Shown: in pieces, positions 23,101-35,700 of the stretch
How positions within the stretch are numbered: the stretch's first letter is position 1
Layout: every line of letters starts with the position of its first letter
Assembly: GCF_006345805.1 (NCBI RefSeq)
Contig: NC_043002.1
Coordinates: 77,996,001 to 78,060,000, forward strand
Reading direction: 5' to 3'
Length of the DNA stretch: 64,000 nucleotides
Source: Octopus sinensis
Lineage: Eukaryota
Position numbers and translations under genes: made by a program
The notes under the pieces: generated by a model
The model's input: the letters and a program-made list of their open reading frames with translations, nothing else
What the model was told of the DNA's origin: nothing
Database searches by the model: none

Positions 23101-23895
23101 CGGATATTTACCTTTTGACTGGCAGATTTAGAAAATAATTTTTTGTAGCTAAACACTTTCAAACTTGGGTATACTGGTAGACAGTGTCATATAAAACATC
23201 TTTTGCTCTTAGCGTTTTTGGGAAAAGTTTATATTTATGAAGTTATTTTGTGTTAAAGTTGTCGTATTTCAGTAATTTCAACCAATCAATGACCTGTATT
23301 CAGCTGAATAAAATTACTGCTGTTGTTTGTCAACAACTTCCAGCGGTGTATATTTCGTTTGTCACTGTTATTTATGACATATTTCATCTCATTTACTTTT
23401 GTATGAATAAATGAGTGTACCTGAAGCATGTTTACTTCATGGCACCACCATAGTTGTTCGAGCATTTCTACTGCTTTTAGTTTCTTCTTGTTTTGCAGCT
23501 ACTATTTTCGGAAATACTTTTTTGCTTCCCAAACCCCTACCCCTCCAATTTCTTCATTTTTCATTTTATTCCATAACTCTAACCCTAACTCTAAAACCAG
23601 TACAAACGCACAAACGATGTTATAAATAACAGTGACAAACGAAATATACATCACCGATAGTTGTTGACAAACAATGGCAGTAATTTTATTCAGTTGAATA
23701 CATGTGATTGATTGGCTGAAATTACTGAAATATGACAACTTTAACACAAAATAACTTTGTAAATATAAACTTTTCTCAAAAACGCTAAGAGTAAAAGATG
23801 TTTTATATGACACATTCTACCAGTATCTGAAGTTTGAAAGCATTTAGTTACAAAAAATTAATTTCTCGATCTGCCGTTGAAAGGGAAAAGTTCCA
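23101..23895. mobile_element. Foldback MITE 1 with ~280-bp imperfect TIRs
   Basis: 23101-23380 is the reverse complement of ~23617-23895; ACATGC lies on both flanks; internal CTAACCCTAA. Confidence 0.85.
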
Positions 23896-24044
23896 ACATG
23901 CTTAAAGTGTTGTAAAATGACATGAAACTTCGAACCACATGGTTGCAAAATCCATTCCTGTGCCTTTCATCATAGTCTGGGTTTATATATTTTCCAGAAA
24001 GTACCCCTGCATTTGCCAAGTGGTGTCCAAAAGATTGGAATAGC

Positions 24045-24600
24045 GGATCTTTTCCTTTTGAACGACAGACAATTTCTAGTTAACTAAACATTTTTTTCTC
24101 TTGGCTTTTTTGAGAAAATTGTAATTTGTTTGTTTAACGTAGTTTAATTTTTCGAATTTTAACCAATCCCATGCTCTCTTTTGAGCTAAAATCATTTGCT
24201 GTGTCTAAAACTGAGACAACATCCTGTAACTAACCCTAAATATTTTTTTTCTTAATTGTTACGTGTGTAAAAAAAACTAGAGCAATGGAATTAAATTAAT
24301 TTAACAATTAAGAATAAAAAAAATTTAGGGTCAGGGTTAGGGGGGAGGTTTAGGGTTAGTTACAGGATGTCTCAGTTTTAGATGCAGCAAATGATTTTAG
24401 TTGAATGGTGGTAATCGATTGGTTAAAATTGCTGAAATGCTCGGATTTTCAGACGAAATATCTTTCAAACCATAGAATTTTCTCAATAAAACCAAGAGAA
24501 AACGATGTTTTATAAACACATTCTACCAGTATACGAAGTTTAAAAGTGTTTAGTTAACTAGAAATTGTGTTGACATCTGCCGTTCAAAAGGAAAAGATCC
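24045..24600. mobile_element. Foldback MITE 2, related to MITE 1
   Basis: TIR GGATCTTTTCCTTTTGAACG / CGTTCAAAAGGAAAAGATCC; direct repeat GAATAGC at 24038-24044 and 24601-24607; internal TAACCCTAA/TTAGGGTTAG. Confidence 0.88.
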
Positions 24601-24924
24601 GAATAGCCACTCAGAAGGACCCTATGATGATAGGAAGATGATTTAAACAATTTGGGGTAAGATGGAAAACAGGTTGCAATAAAAACCTTCAGTCAATACT
24701 ATTGACTGAAGTATATAATGTAGTTGAATTCAATGGTCATATATGAATTGAGAAGTTAGATCTGATGATAATGAGTTTTGTTTACTCTGTGACATAAAAT
24801 GAAATTAACATTACATTATTCATGTTGCATATTACACTTGGTGAAGAACATTATTGAATCTAACAATTCAATAAAATATTTTGAGATTCAATTGTCTTTA
24901 ATACTTACTGCACTACTGGAATAG

Positions 24925-25530
24925 ACATAAGTTACAGGGACCTAAAAACACCAGCATTGGTTGTCAAGCGATGTTGGGGGGACAAAAACACACATATATA
25001 TATATATATATATATACATACTTTGCCCAAACGACCTGAACATTAGCTTCAAGGTTCATCCAAGACTGGGACCACGGGCCATACGTCCCCTGCCCAATTC
25101 AAGATCACAGCATACACGTACACTGCAACATAATTTCTTTTCCTCATCAGGCCCTGCCCTATTTAACATTGTCCCGAAAGAGATCCAAGAAGAAAAGGAT
25201 CCCATCAACTTTAAACGGAGTCTGGATAGATTCCTTCAAAGAATACCAGATAAGCCACCCATAATTGGATACAACTCACTACTTGAATGGACCATAAACA
25301 AAACTTGACTTAAACAGGATTCGAATAATCCTATCAGGTGGTGCTATTAAGTTAGACATGGCCTGGACCAATCATTGGTCGAAACATATCTAAGTTTATA
25401 TACGATGGGCTTCTTTCAGTTTCTGTCTACCAAATCCACTCACAAGACTTTGGTCGGCCCGAAGCTATAGTAGAAGACACTTGTCCAAAATGCCACACAG
25501 TTGAACTAAACCCGGAACCATGTGGTCGGT
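24925..25530 (-). mobile_element. CORE-type SINE interrupted by a LINE 3' fragment
   Basis: SINE tail-side part at 24925-25020 and head-side part at 25396-25530, with unrelated sequence between them. Confidence 0.8.
25021..25395 (+). mobile_element. 5'-truncated LINE 3' end (CR1/Jockey-like ORF2 C-terminus plus 3'UTR)
   Basis: Translates ...GPALFNIVPKEIQEEKDPINFKRSLDRFLQRIPDKPPIIGYNSLLEW, resembling the LFNxLP...FKxxLDxFL...PD C-terminus of non-LTR ORF2. Confidence 0.7.
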
Positions 25531-26195
25531 GAACTGCTGTCTCTACAGTAGTACTTTCCAAACATTTTAACTACGATGCTCTTTATTTGACTAAACATAG
25601 AACACTAGATATACTTATTTTTACAATGAAATATTAAACAGCTGTTCATTGTTTATGTGCACATCAGTCTGTCTTTGGAGAGTTAGCAGTAGAATATCCA
25701 TTTTTCTGAGAAGAGGTTGCTAGTGTCTTACATAACTCTTCTCTCTTTTTGGAGAAAGAGTTGCTGAGTGACTTTCACAACCCTTCATACATTTAATATA
25801 GCTAAATATGAGAGATCATGAAGTGATGAAAAGCAAAGTTGACCTGTGTAGTACTTGAACTCGGAGTTTAAAGTATGAATGCTGCAAGGTACTGTATTCT
25901 GAGGCTCAAATGATTGTCAGCTCAGTCTTCAGATGTTTAGCTAAAAGTGGTAATCTTACAAGCACGGTTCTGTAAAGAAGCTTCCTTCCAAAACATTTGA
26001 GTTCAGTCCCATTGAGTGGCACCTTTGGTAAGCGCCTTGTGACTGGATATCATAGATGGAAATTAAAAGATGCCTCATATATATATGTGCATGTATCCTC
26101 ATCTAGACAATATGGGATGATTGTAAATGAGCATCATTATCATACAAGTGGAGGTTGTTCATGAAAAACATGTTTAGCTATAAGAAAATACCTTG

Positions 26196-26304
26196 CTTGG
26201 AAACAGGTGATGGTTAGCAACAGAGGAAGGGCATCCAGCTGTAGAAAATCTGCCATAAATTCCAATTGATCCATGCAAGCAGGGAAAAATGGACATCAGA
26301 TGGT
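26196..26304 (+). mobile_element. RTE-type 3' tail fragment
   Basis: GGAAGGGCATCCAGCTGTAGAAAATCTGCC...CCATGCAAGCAGGGAAAAATGGAC. Confidence 0.65.
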
Positions 26305-26764
26305 GTCATTATTTTTACATTCATTCTTTCATTATTAGTTGGCTGGTTTACATGGTCAAAGTTCATATTTGGAGTTACCACTCTCTTAGGCAGATCAATG
26401 ATCTCATCTTTTTATATTATCAATATAATTTGTATGGCTAGATGTCCTTCTTATTCAACATTTTTAATCTTCAGATGTGGGGAAAATTTGGTTAAACTAA
26501 CTTCAGACTGCAATTCAGGTTAAAAAAATACTGCTCTATTATAGGTAACAAATTTGAGATTTTTCTAATATGAACTTTATATGCTTCAAATCAGGCCTCA
26601 GTGCAATATACTGTATAACACATTGTATACCCCAATATTCCCTTGACATGGAGTGTTCTATATCTATGTCTTACTTTTAGAGACGAAGAGTATTTTGATT
26701 TATAAGTTGCTCTGCACAATGTGGTCCTTAACCCTTTAAACTGGCCTCACTCACCTTCCCAGTA

Positions 26765-26930
26765 ATCATCATCATTGCTTAATGTCCACCTTCCATGGGT
26801 TGGATGGTTTGACCGAGGACTGGCAAGCCAGAAGGCTGTACTGGGTTCCAATCTGATCTAGCGAGGTTTCTACAGCTTGATGCCCTTCCTAACACCAACC
26901 ACTCCAAGAGTGTAGTGGGTGATTTTTACG
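26765..26930 (-). mobile_element. RTE-type 3' tail fragment
   Basis: Reverse complement of the 130-462 tail, with (ATC)n at the left end. Confidence 0.7.
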
Positions 26931-28115
26931 TCATTCTAAAAAACTATTGCATCATTGTGACTGTTTGCCTAGAAGATAATGCAGGTTTAATTCAAAACAA
27001 TGTGAATATTACATTTGACAGAGTAGTCTGAATAAGAAAAGCTGACTTATCAGTTGCAAATTATCTGGCAAAACAAATTTTGCTTCGTCTTCATTGTAAC
27101 CAATGAAATGTTCTCATGATCAAAATCTTACCAGCACTTTGGATCCCTACCTCTTATATGAATAAAATCATCAGGTAATTGAATTTCCAACCTTGTGACA
27201 TTGTAAAATATGACCAATGGTTAAACCTTTTACTACATTGGTGTGGTTTCGAAGTTATCACCATCTATATATCAACAACTATACATTATTTACACAAAGT
27301 GATTATATTTCAAGCTGGTATTACAACCCAAATTATTGCACTATTAAACAAGACAAATCATTTCTGACTTCTCCATCTTCAAATTAAATTGTCACTGGCT
27401 TATTTGGTTGAGTATTTCATTTCAATATCTTTGCAATAGTGATCAAAATCTGTAGTGTTAAAATTTAATGGCATTGCAGGAGTTAAATGCACAAACCTTG
27501 AATACGAATTAGCTTTGTATATTTTTACTGTTATTCAACAGAAAGTTAATACACCAGCCCAAAACTTCATTAACAATAAGCTTAATGGTTCAATGCAAAG
27601 GAATGAATTGAAAAAAAAAAAAGCGTTCAATAATATACTGGTTAAATATTAGACTAGTATGCTTAAACCAGAAACCAATTTTGCCTTGTTTCCAAACAAA
27701 ACCATTCCATTACCTAGCTAATTCAACAATTTTTCAGAATACAGGTTAAAGTCATGAATTTGTAAGAACACATGCATATCTCATTTACTCGTTTCTATTT
27801 CTATTGCAAACAATGTATTCCTTGTACAGAATACTTCTTTCCAATGGGACTGTCATAATTTCGACTTGATCCATTCATAACAAAACAATGTGGAATTTAC
27901 CACATGCAGAGTATCAATCACCCTTTCATCAACTGACAGAGGTAGCTAAGCATATGTCCCTGGTGTGTTTCACCTTCACTAATACAATATCAACCTAACC
28001 AGCCATTTTTCAGGAGTCAAAATCCAACAATCCCATTCATCACTGTGAAGAACATATTCACCATAACTCAATATTTATATAAAAAAACCACACACACAAA
28101 TATCAATTTAAAATA

Positions 28116-28121
28116 TTTATT
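28116..28121 (-). terminator. RPL23 polyadenylation signal AATAAA
   Basis: AATAAA about 10 nt after the stop on the minus strand. Confidence 0.65.
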
Positions 28122-28130
28122 ACAGTGTCT

Positions 28131-28213
28131 TTAAGCAATGGAACTAGCATTTGAAGCAATACGGGGCCATAAATCTGCACATTCTTTAGCAACTGGTCCT
28201 GTGATGGCTGATC
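28131..28213 (-). CDS. RPL23: RPL23 coding exon 5 (to stop)
   Basis: ttcag|GA...GCT TAA; translates [27 protein letters not shown]. Total CDS is 423 nt = 140 aa. Confidence 0.97.
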
Positions 28214-29337
28214 CTGAAAGAGAAGAAAAAAAAATTAACCTAAATAATTTATATATTACAAGTAACATAATCAAGCGATCGAGATGTCCTCAGCATCTTA
28301 GGCCAACCATTTATAGTCTCTCTGATATAATAAATGTGAGTGAGTGTCACACCTTTTCAACTTTACTCCTACAGGCTGTAGCCCAACACATCATATCACT
28401 TTGGATTCCCAAGTTCTTATTACTTTTATTTTTTGTGTACCATAATTTTTATAATTGAAAGGCCGACTCCATGAGTAAATTAAAAACATCCTGGGCCAAA
28501 TCTAGACCAGCTATCCTGAAAATTTGGATTCTCAAGCTTTTGTCAATGCGATTGTTTTTGGCGATATTTTTACATGATAATTTTTATAACCTGGAAATAA
28601 ATTTTGGGAATAACCGAAATTGCAACAAATTCTCCAAAACAATCCTAACCTAAAATAAGTCAAGGATCTGTTAGCAGATCTCATTTGGGGTCAGTATAGC
28701 TAGTTACAAATATTGGGACTAGTAAAATTGGTCATGATGTACCAGAATTAGCATTCTTGCCAGTAAGTTCTAAAGCTTACACTCTGAACCAGCTAATTTT
28801 GTTGAGGACATCAACTGAGAAACACCAATGAAATATTTAAACAAAACCACCAGCCTGATTTTACCAATATAATTACCTCCCTTATCATTAACACACAACC
28901 CCATGAACCACCTTCAGTGACTTAGGCAAAAACCTTAAGGCGCCTCATACCAAGAGGATAGAAATCCTTTCAAATAAAAATTTTTGCTAAGCCCGTGCTA
29001 CAAATTTTAGAGGCAGTCACCCATTCATAATTCAAGCAAAAAACCGCCACCAATCAAACGGTTGTCCAAACCAGTCTGTCAAGGCAGAGAGTGGGTCACT
29101 TTAGAACAGAACATAAGCAACAAGTAAACCAAACTTTCAAAAACACTTTACTCTTTTTTGAAAATCAAAGAGGGGTGGGGAAAAAAAAAAACCGCATTTA
29201 ATAACACTTCGTCTAACATACGAACCAATAGTATCAGGTGATCGAAGAAACATTTAAAGAAAGAAAATGTATATTAACACTTAATACAGTTAACAATACA
29301 AAATTCTAACAGACATATGAAGCAACAAGGAAGTTAC

Positions 29338-29451
29338 CTTTCATTTCCCCTTTATTGTTGACAATAACACCAGCATTGTCTTCAAAGTATATAAAAACAC
29401 CATCTTTTCTCCGTAGAGGTTTCCGTTGCCGAATCACCACCGCTGGCATTA
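29338..29451 (-). CDS. RPL23: RPL23 coding exon 4
   Basis: ccag|TA...AAAG|gtaact; translates [38 protein letters not shown]; 114 nt. Confidence 0.97.
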
Positions 29452-30251
29452 CTGGAATTGAAATTAATAAGAACAAGATTATTATGTGCATTCTTACTGC
29501 GGCAATACAATACTCTCCACCATTAAATTATATCAATTTATGAGCTATTTTTCACTGCCCCTATAGAATAAACATTCAATAGCCACACTTCATGGTGTGT
29601 CTTTCTTTGGCATGGTTTTTATGGCCAGATGCCCTCTCTAATGCCAACCACACAACATATACTGGTTACTTTTTCCATGCTACTGTCAGCATTAGACAAG
29701 GGGTAAACAGGCCCTTGCCGCAGAGCAACCGCAATTACATTTAGTAGAAAGCGAATTTGATCAGTAGGGGCTGCAAGACAGGGTGATTTCTCAAGGTATA
29801 AGGTGAGTAGAATGCAATTAGACATGCAACATTCAAATTAAGATATAAGTGACCGATTCAAAGTTGGACTTCAACCATAACAGAGAGCTAGTTACAAGTT
29901 CTGACCCGAACAGTTATTGGAGTTTATCCAACCCATGCAAGAGCCTAACCAATGTCAAGCACTTGGTGCAGTGAGTTTTGATTCACAGAATGGGTGACAC
30001 ATTGTGTTGAGCAAAATAATTCATTTCACATTGCCCTTGTCCACTCAGGTGTCAAAAAATGAATAAGCACATTGGCGTCGCGTCCAGGGGGGAAATATAC
30101 ACCCGATGGAAACTAGCTCTATGAGCCTACATGACCCAGGAAGGAGCTAATACTATTTCGTAAGTATAAAGCTATACTACTTGTAGGACCCAAGTGAGAG
30201 AGTGAAAGAAAGAAAACAAACACATTTTAGTCAAGAGAATACAAAACCTAC

Positions 30252-30380
30252 CCTTTTTCCGTAACTCAGGTTTGCCTTTCTTTACTGTGGCTACCAACAT
30301 GTCCCCACATCCTGCAGCAGGTAATCTATTTAAACGTCCTTTAATTCCACTTACAGCTATTACATACAGGTTCTTTGCTC
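30252..30380 (-). CDS. RPL23: RPL23 coding exon 3
   Basis: gtag|GA...AAGG|gtaggt; translates [43 protein letters not shown]; 129 nt. Confidence 0.97.
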
Positions 30381-30926
30381 CTACAAATAAACGGACAAAA
30401 CAGAAGATTATCAATGAAATTGACGTCTCCCCACATATCAACATTTTAAGCATGCCCACCCCATACATCAATTACCAACAAAATGACAGTCATCTATATT
30501 GGGTACGCCAGGAAAATTAATTCTTCTATTACTTTTCCGCAACATCGATTAGTTTTACTATTGTTTCAAATCTTGACACAAGGATAGCAATTTCAAGGGA
30601 AGACAGTAGGCCTGTTATATAGACTTACCTCTTGACCGACCCCAAAAGTATAAAACGTTAAGTCGTCTTCGACGGCATTTAAACTCAGAAACCAAAGTTG
30701 ACTTTGTCTTTCATTCTCATGGGGTCCATAATATAAATAAAAGTTGAGCACTGAGGTCGATGTAATCTACTTTCCCATCGTCTCAAAATTGTCAGCCTTG
30801 TGCTAAAATTTGAAACAACTATTCTTGTAATATGCATTCGTTAACAACAGTTTCTGTTCATTGGCGTGAACGGAGTAATCAAATTATATAGTTGCAAGTT
30901 GGTTCAACATAAAAACGGACACTTAC

Positions 30927-31010
30927 CGGTATTGTCAGCGCAGTTAATGACTGCTCCGACAGGAAGAGCAAGAGAGATTTTGAATTTGCCTCCGGCTGTA
31001 CCACCACGTC
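30927..31010 (-). CDS. RPL23: RPL23 coding exon 2
   Basis: aaag|GA...ACCG|gtaagt; translates (G)[27 protein letters not shown]; 84 nt. Confidence 0.97.
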
Positions 31011-31876
31011 CTTTAAGGAATAAATAAATAAACCAGTTACTACTAAGTTAAAAATGAACACAGAGTGTAAAAAACAAATTTAAAAAAAGAAAGAAAAGTG
31101 TGCGGAACAAAGTTGAAGCAAGATCTTAAAGCTTACGTTGAATATGCAGCAACACATGGAGATGCGGAAACTAATTTCCTTAGAGAATGAAAACACTACC
31201 TTCAAGATAAAATTATATCATTCAAAAGCTCAACCAAACGCATAAAAATCTACTAGTTTCCTTAAGTAGAAACCGTTCAACTGATCACAAATATTTCATT
31301 AACCAGGAGTTTTCACATGATCAGACACACATCGGATTCCATTGTATATTGTACACATATGCATACCATTATGAATGTACACGCTCACGTGTACAGATAA
31401 TTCTAAGAGTAAAACTCGCATCCATAATAGCTAGCAGTTGATTTAGAAGCATTGGTCTTTTTCAGTAATTTTAAATGATGACCTAAACAGGTTTCCTCAA
31501 TATATTAACAAATATATTAAACGAGCCAAATTTTATTTCAACGCGAGACATTTCAATAGTCATTAATTGCACACACTCTGAACAACGTTAGCAATTTTAA
31601 TTCAGAATTTTATTCGATTAACTAGGTGTAAAAATACCCAAAGTATTCAGTTGATCTAGTTGACTTAAATTAGTAAATATAACCAAAGACCTCGTGCACG
31701 TACCAAGCAACTTGCACGGATTATTTAAACTTGTTTTAACAGTAAAAATCGGATTAATAATCAATGTAATATTTCATAGATACAACAAATTAATAAGCTA
31801 AACATATTTAAAATAAAAAGATCAATTCAAAACAACGATTTATAAAGATTATAATTAAAGGAAATTTAACACGTAC

Positions 31877-31889
31877 CTCTCTTCGACAT
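31877..31889 (-). CDS. RPL23: 60S ribosomal protein L23 (uL14), coding exon 1
   Basis: ATG TCG AAG AGA G|gtacgt (MSKR-G), preceded by CTTCCTTTTCCTG. Confidence 0.95.
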
Positions 31890-31896
31890 TTTTAAA

Positions 31897-31930
31897 CAGG
31901 AAAAGGAAGATGGATTGAACGCAAGCGCAG
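31897..31930 (-). promoter_or_regulatory. RPL23 5'TOP/TCT-like start and upstream NRF1-like motif
   Basis: Minus strand reads TGCGCTTGCG-ttcaatccat-CTTCCTTTTCCTG-tttaaaa-ATG. Confidence 0.55.
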
Positions 31931-32751
31931 AGAATAAAATGTTACCGGAAAAAGATACTTCACAGATTCAAAGCTTGAATTATTTCGAATAACTAAAACT
32001 GCAAAATAAAATACTTGTTTCATTATTTATATTCCTAAAATATTTTATTAAATGTATTAGAAACATTTCCGCTTTGAATAATGCATAAATAATAAATATG
32101 TTTACAATTACCATATAAGGTCAGAAAGCACGCTCAGCGTGTCAGATTTTCACATCGAAACTCTTAGTAGCATAACTATTTAAAAAAAAATATTTCACAA
32201 ACTGTTTTATTCAGAATATTAAAAAAATAAAGCGAGGTTTTAGAAAAGAAACACAGATAAAATATTTTAAGCTGATAAATTTAATAAGAATAATTATAAA
32301 AAAAGAAGTATTTTTATTTATTTGTTATGATTTCTAAGTGTGTAATGTGAAGGCGGTGGTCGAAATGAATTAGTAGAGAATGTGGATCTAACCAATGAAA
32401 TGTAGCGTTACATGTGTGTTGTGTTGAGTCAGTTGCGCTATCTACTAATAATACTAGCGCTAAAACAACAGCAGCAGTACAACATATCTACTGCTTGCTT
32501 TATTACACTACTTAATACTACTACTACTGCTTGATATAGTTGTGTAGAGCGAAGCTTGCATTTATTTGTATTGTTACCTTTCGGAGGGCACCACGCAACG
32601 GGAGCAACACTTACTAAAAACAACACGACTACCAACCTAAAACAAAACACAAACACATTCAAAATCTTATTGAAAGAGACAATTGGGGAAGCAAAATGAA
32701 TAAACGTTGTGGAAGGTGTTCGAAGCCCGTCTATCCCACAGAGGAGTTAAA

Positions 32752-32764
32752 ATGCTTAGACAAG
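32752..32764 (+). other. Candidate first coding exon segment of an unidentified gene divergent from RPL23 (MLRQ-)
   Basis: AAAATGCTTAGACAAG|GTAAGT: strong donor, A at -3, in a CpG-containing region ~850 bp from the RPL23 start. No downstream coding exon identified. Confidence 0.4.
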
Positions 32765-35700
32765 GTAAGTTTCTTTCTATATGCGTGGGTAGGTTTTTTT
32801 TTTCTCTTAAAGGGTAGGTTGTAGTTAATTGATTGATTAATTAATAATATTCGTTTTTCTCGTCTGAATTTTGTGTGTGTTTCACTTTGTAGAAAACTGA
32901 ATAAAAAGATCTGGTCGGAGTTTCAATAAAAGTAACTGAAGCGAAAAAGATCATGACTACAACTTTATTATAGCAGCCTTACAGTTTCTGAATAGTTTGA
33001 GTCATGCGGGGGGAAGAGTGGGGAAATTTATTCTTGGCTACATACAATCTGTAATTCCTTTTTAAGGGATCTCTTGACTCTTTGGATTATTTGGGTCTAC
33101 TTTGAATTGGTGTAGATTTCCAAGGTGGGAAAGTTGTTGTTTTGACTTATATACTTATTGCTACTAGTTTTTATCTCTATGCTATCTATGATTGTAATAA
33201 ATTGTACAGTTCATTGCGTTATAAAAATTGATCAATGATAAATAAAAAACTGTCAAGCGAATACTTGTCAAATTGCTATGTTAAGGGTTTATTAATCTGA
33301 TGTGTCTTACTGAACATAAACCGGCAGTGATGAAGGGTTCTTCTGCTCTAAGCGTTAGAACTTCTCATCTTCTTCATGGCATCAAAATGAATTAACCGTT
33401 TGAACTATCTGTGTTACAATTTGCCGACAGAGAACATTGCCAGTTTCTTCAGATTTTACTAGTGCTGTGTAGGCTTCAACACACGAATAGTGTGAGTGTG
33501 AATAAATGACATGGTGCTCTGTTAGTTTGGTGTATTATAATATGGTCTCGCTACGTTGGCGCTTCTTAGCAACATTACTCACACAACTCGCCGGTAGCAC
33601 TGCATTGTGCATACACACGCACTGGACTACAAATATTGCACATTGCGTTACACATGCTATTACTACGTCTACTACTACTACATAGATTAATATATATATA
33701 TATATATATATATTTATATTAAGGGAACCTCTACGTGATCTTTCGACCTACAAGAATTAGATTCTGAATTTCCTTTAAATTCCACCCTACCATCTAAGGC
33801 AAGAATATAATCTAAGTCTACGTTGGATAACGTAGTTATTAGATACACGATGCTTGAATAAAAGGAGGGTTGATCATGGCTAAAATGCTTTGATCATAAA
33901 TCCTACTTAAGCAAGAATTGTCTAGGGTTAGCATTGGACTATGCAGAGATTTTGAAAAAGCCGCACACATATTTCGTCAACCTCTTTTACGAGGGCGGGG
34001 GAAGGACCTTGTATGGTCGTTTGACCTGTTAGAAGTAGCAGTCAATTCCCCTTAAAACCACACCCTGCCATTTAAAAAGAAAAGAGACGTTATTATATAG
34101 TCCTTGTTTTATAAAGGTTTGAAATAAAAGATGAAATGGTCATGGCTGGAATGCCTTTGATGAAGGCTGACTTAGGGTGAAACTATTGCTGCTGCTGCTT
34201 CAAATGTTTTTCATCTTCTATCCTCTTGTTCTTCAATCGGGTTATACTGACATTTAAGCAACTACATATGTTTCTTGTAATGCTCATATATATGTGTGTG
34301 TGTATTTATATATGTGCATATATATGTATATGTGTGTATTTATGTATATGTGTGTGTATATACCTATACATGTGTATCTCCTCCCTTATAACGTATATAT
34401 GTATATGTGTATGTATATATATCTCATGTATGCACATATACACACGCAAGTTATCTATCTATATAAATACATACACACATGTATGGATATGCAACTTTTA
34501 GAAATATAATTTTGATTTTTATATGGAACACTGAATAATTAATAACCGTATCGAGTTGATTTTAATGGAACCCGTTCACTCAAAAAGGCATCATAATGCC
34601 TCCCTTTTATTGCAGAGACAGGGAATGAAAACTATGTATCGTTTTGTTTCATTCATACCTTTCTTAAGGATAGGAACAAACGAAACAATATCAACAGATT
34701 CTACATAATGTTAAACTTTTATCTTTGGCATCAGTCTAGTTCTTTCTCTCTCTCTAGAACTCCACTCCCCGGGTTCTTTCTACTTAGCCTGCTAAAGACG
34801 GCAAGCTGTTTTTTTTTTTTCCCCACACCTTTTTTGGGTAGCAGTAAAAAGACCGGCAATTCTTCCTCAGCGGATTCTGCTAGAGTAATATAGAAAGATA
34901 GGGGGAAATAGAGAAATCTTCTCTTTCTATCTTTCTCTATCTCTCTCCTGTCACCAGACGTAGATGTAAGATGAGTGCTATTTGAATAGTTTCGTTCATT
35001 TTTAGTTGGAGAGAGAGTTAGATCATTTCATTTGCCAATTAAATAGTGTGGGCTTCTTTTTTTATATACTTCTTTCACATTTTTCTTTTATATTTCTGTT
35101 TTTGCCTTTTTAGGGAAAAAAATTTTTTGTTTCATTATTAAACAAATATTTATATACTACTTCTAAGGCGTATGTATATGCATGTTTATATATATATATA
35201 TATATATGTAAGTAAGCATGTATTTCTAAGGAAGGTTGTATTGATATTAGTCATTGTTGAATGAAGATATCAAAAAAAAAAAAAAAAGCCGGCTTTTAAA
35301 AATTATATATATTTATAAATCAAAACATCTAAGTTAATCAGAATTCACATCATTTATTCTTTTATTACCTATTAATTTAGTTTATAAAAGCTTATATATT
35401 TTAGTTTGAATGAAGTTTTCTTATACTCTTGTCTATTCTCGAAGTTGGAAGCATTGTAAAAAAAGAAAAAAAGAGAGAGAGAAAGAGAAATTCATCACAT
35501 GAATTTGTCTTCAGATGTCGTCGAAAACAGCAATACCATTTACTACTTTAAACTCTTTGTCTGGTAATCAGAAGTGGGAGAAGATACAGGAGAAAACGAA
35601 ACTGTACAAAAGGAGAATTGTCATGTTGGAATGATGGTGGTATTCTTGGTGCTCACACAAGTGTCAGATATGTATTTTAGTTTACAAACCTAGGCTGCCC

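Noticed and set aside
25360-25390. Hairpin GACCA/TGGTC followed by GAAAC (hammerhead-like)
   Set aside because: No upstream CUGANGA; it is part of the LINE 3'UTR.
34226-34509. Cys/Ile/Tyr-rich ORFs
   Set aside because: Degenerate (TA/TG)n microsatellite.
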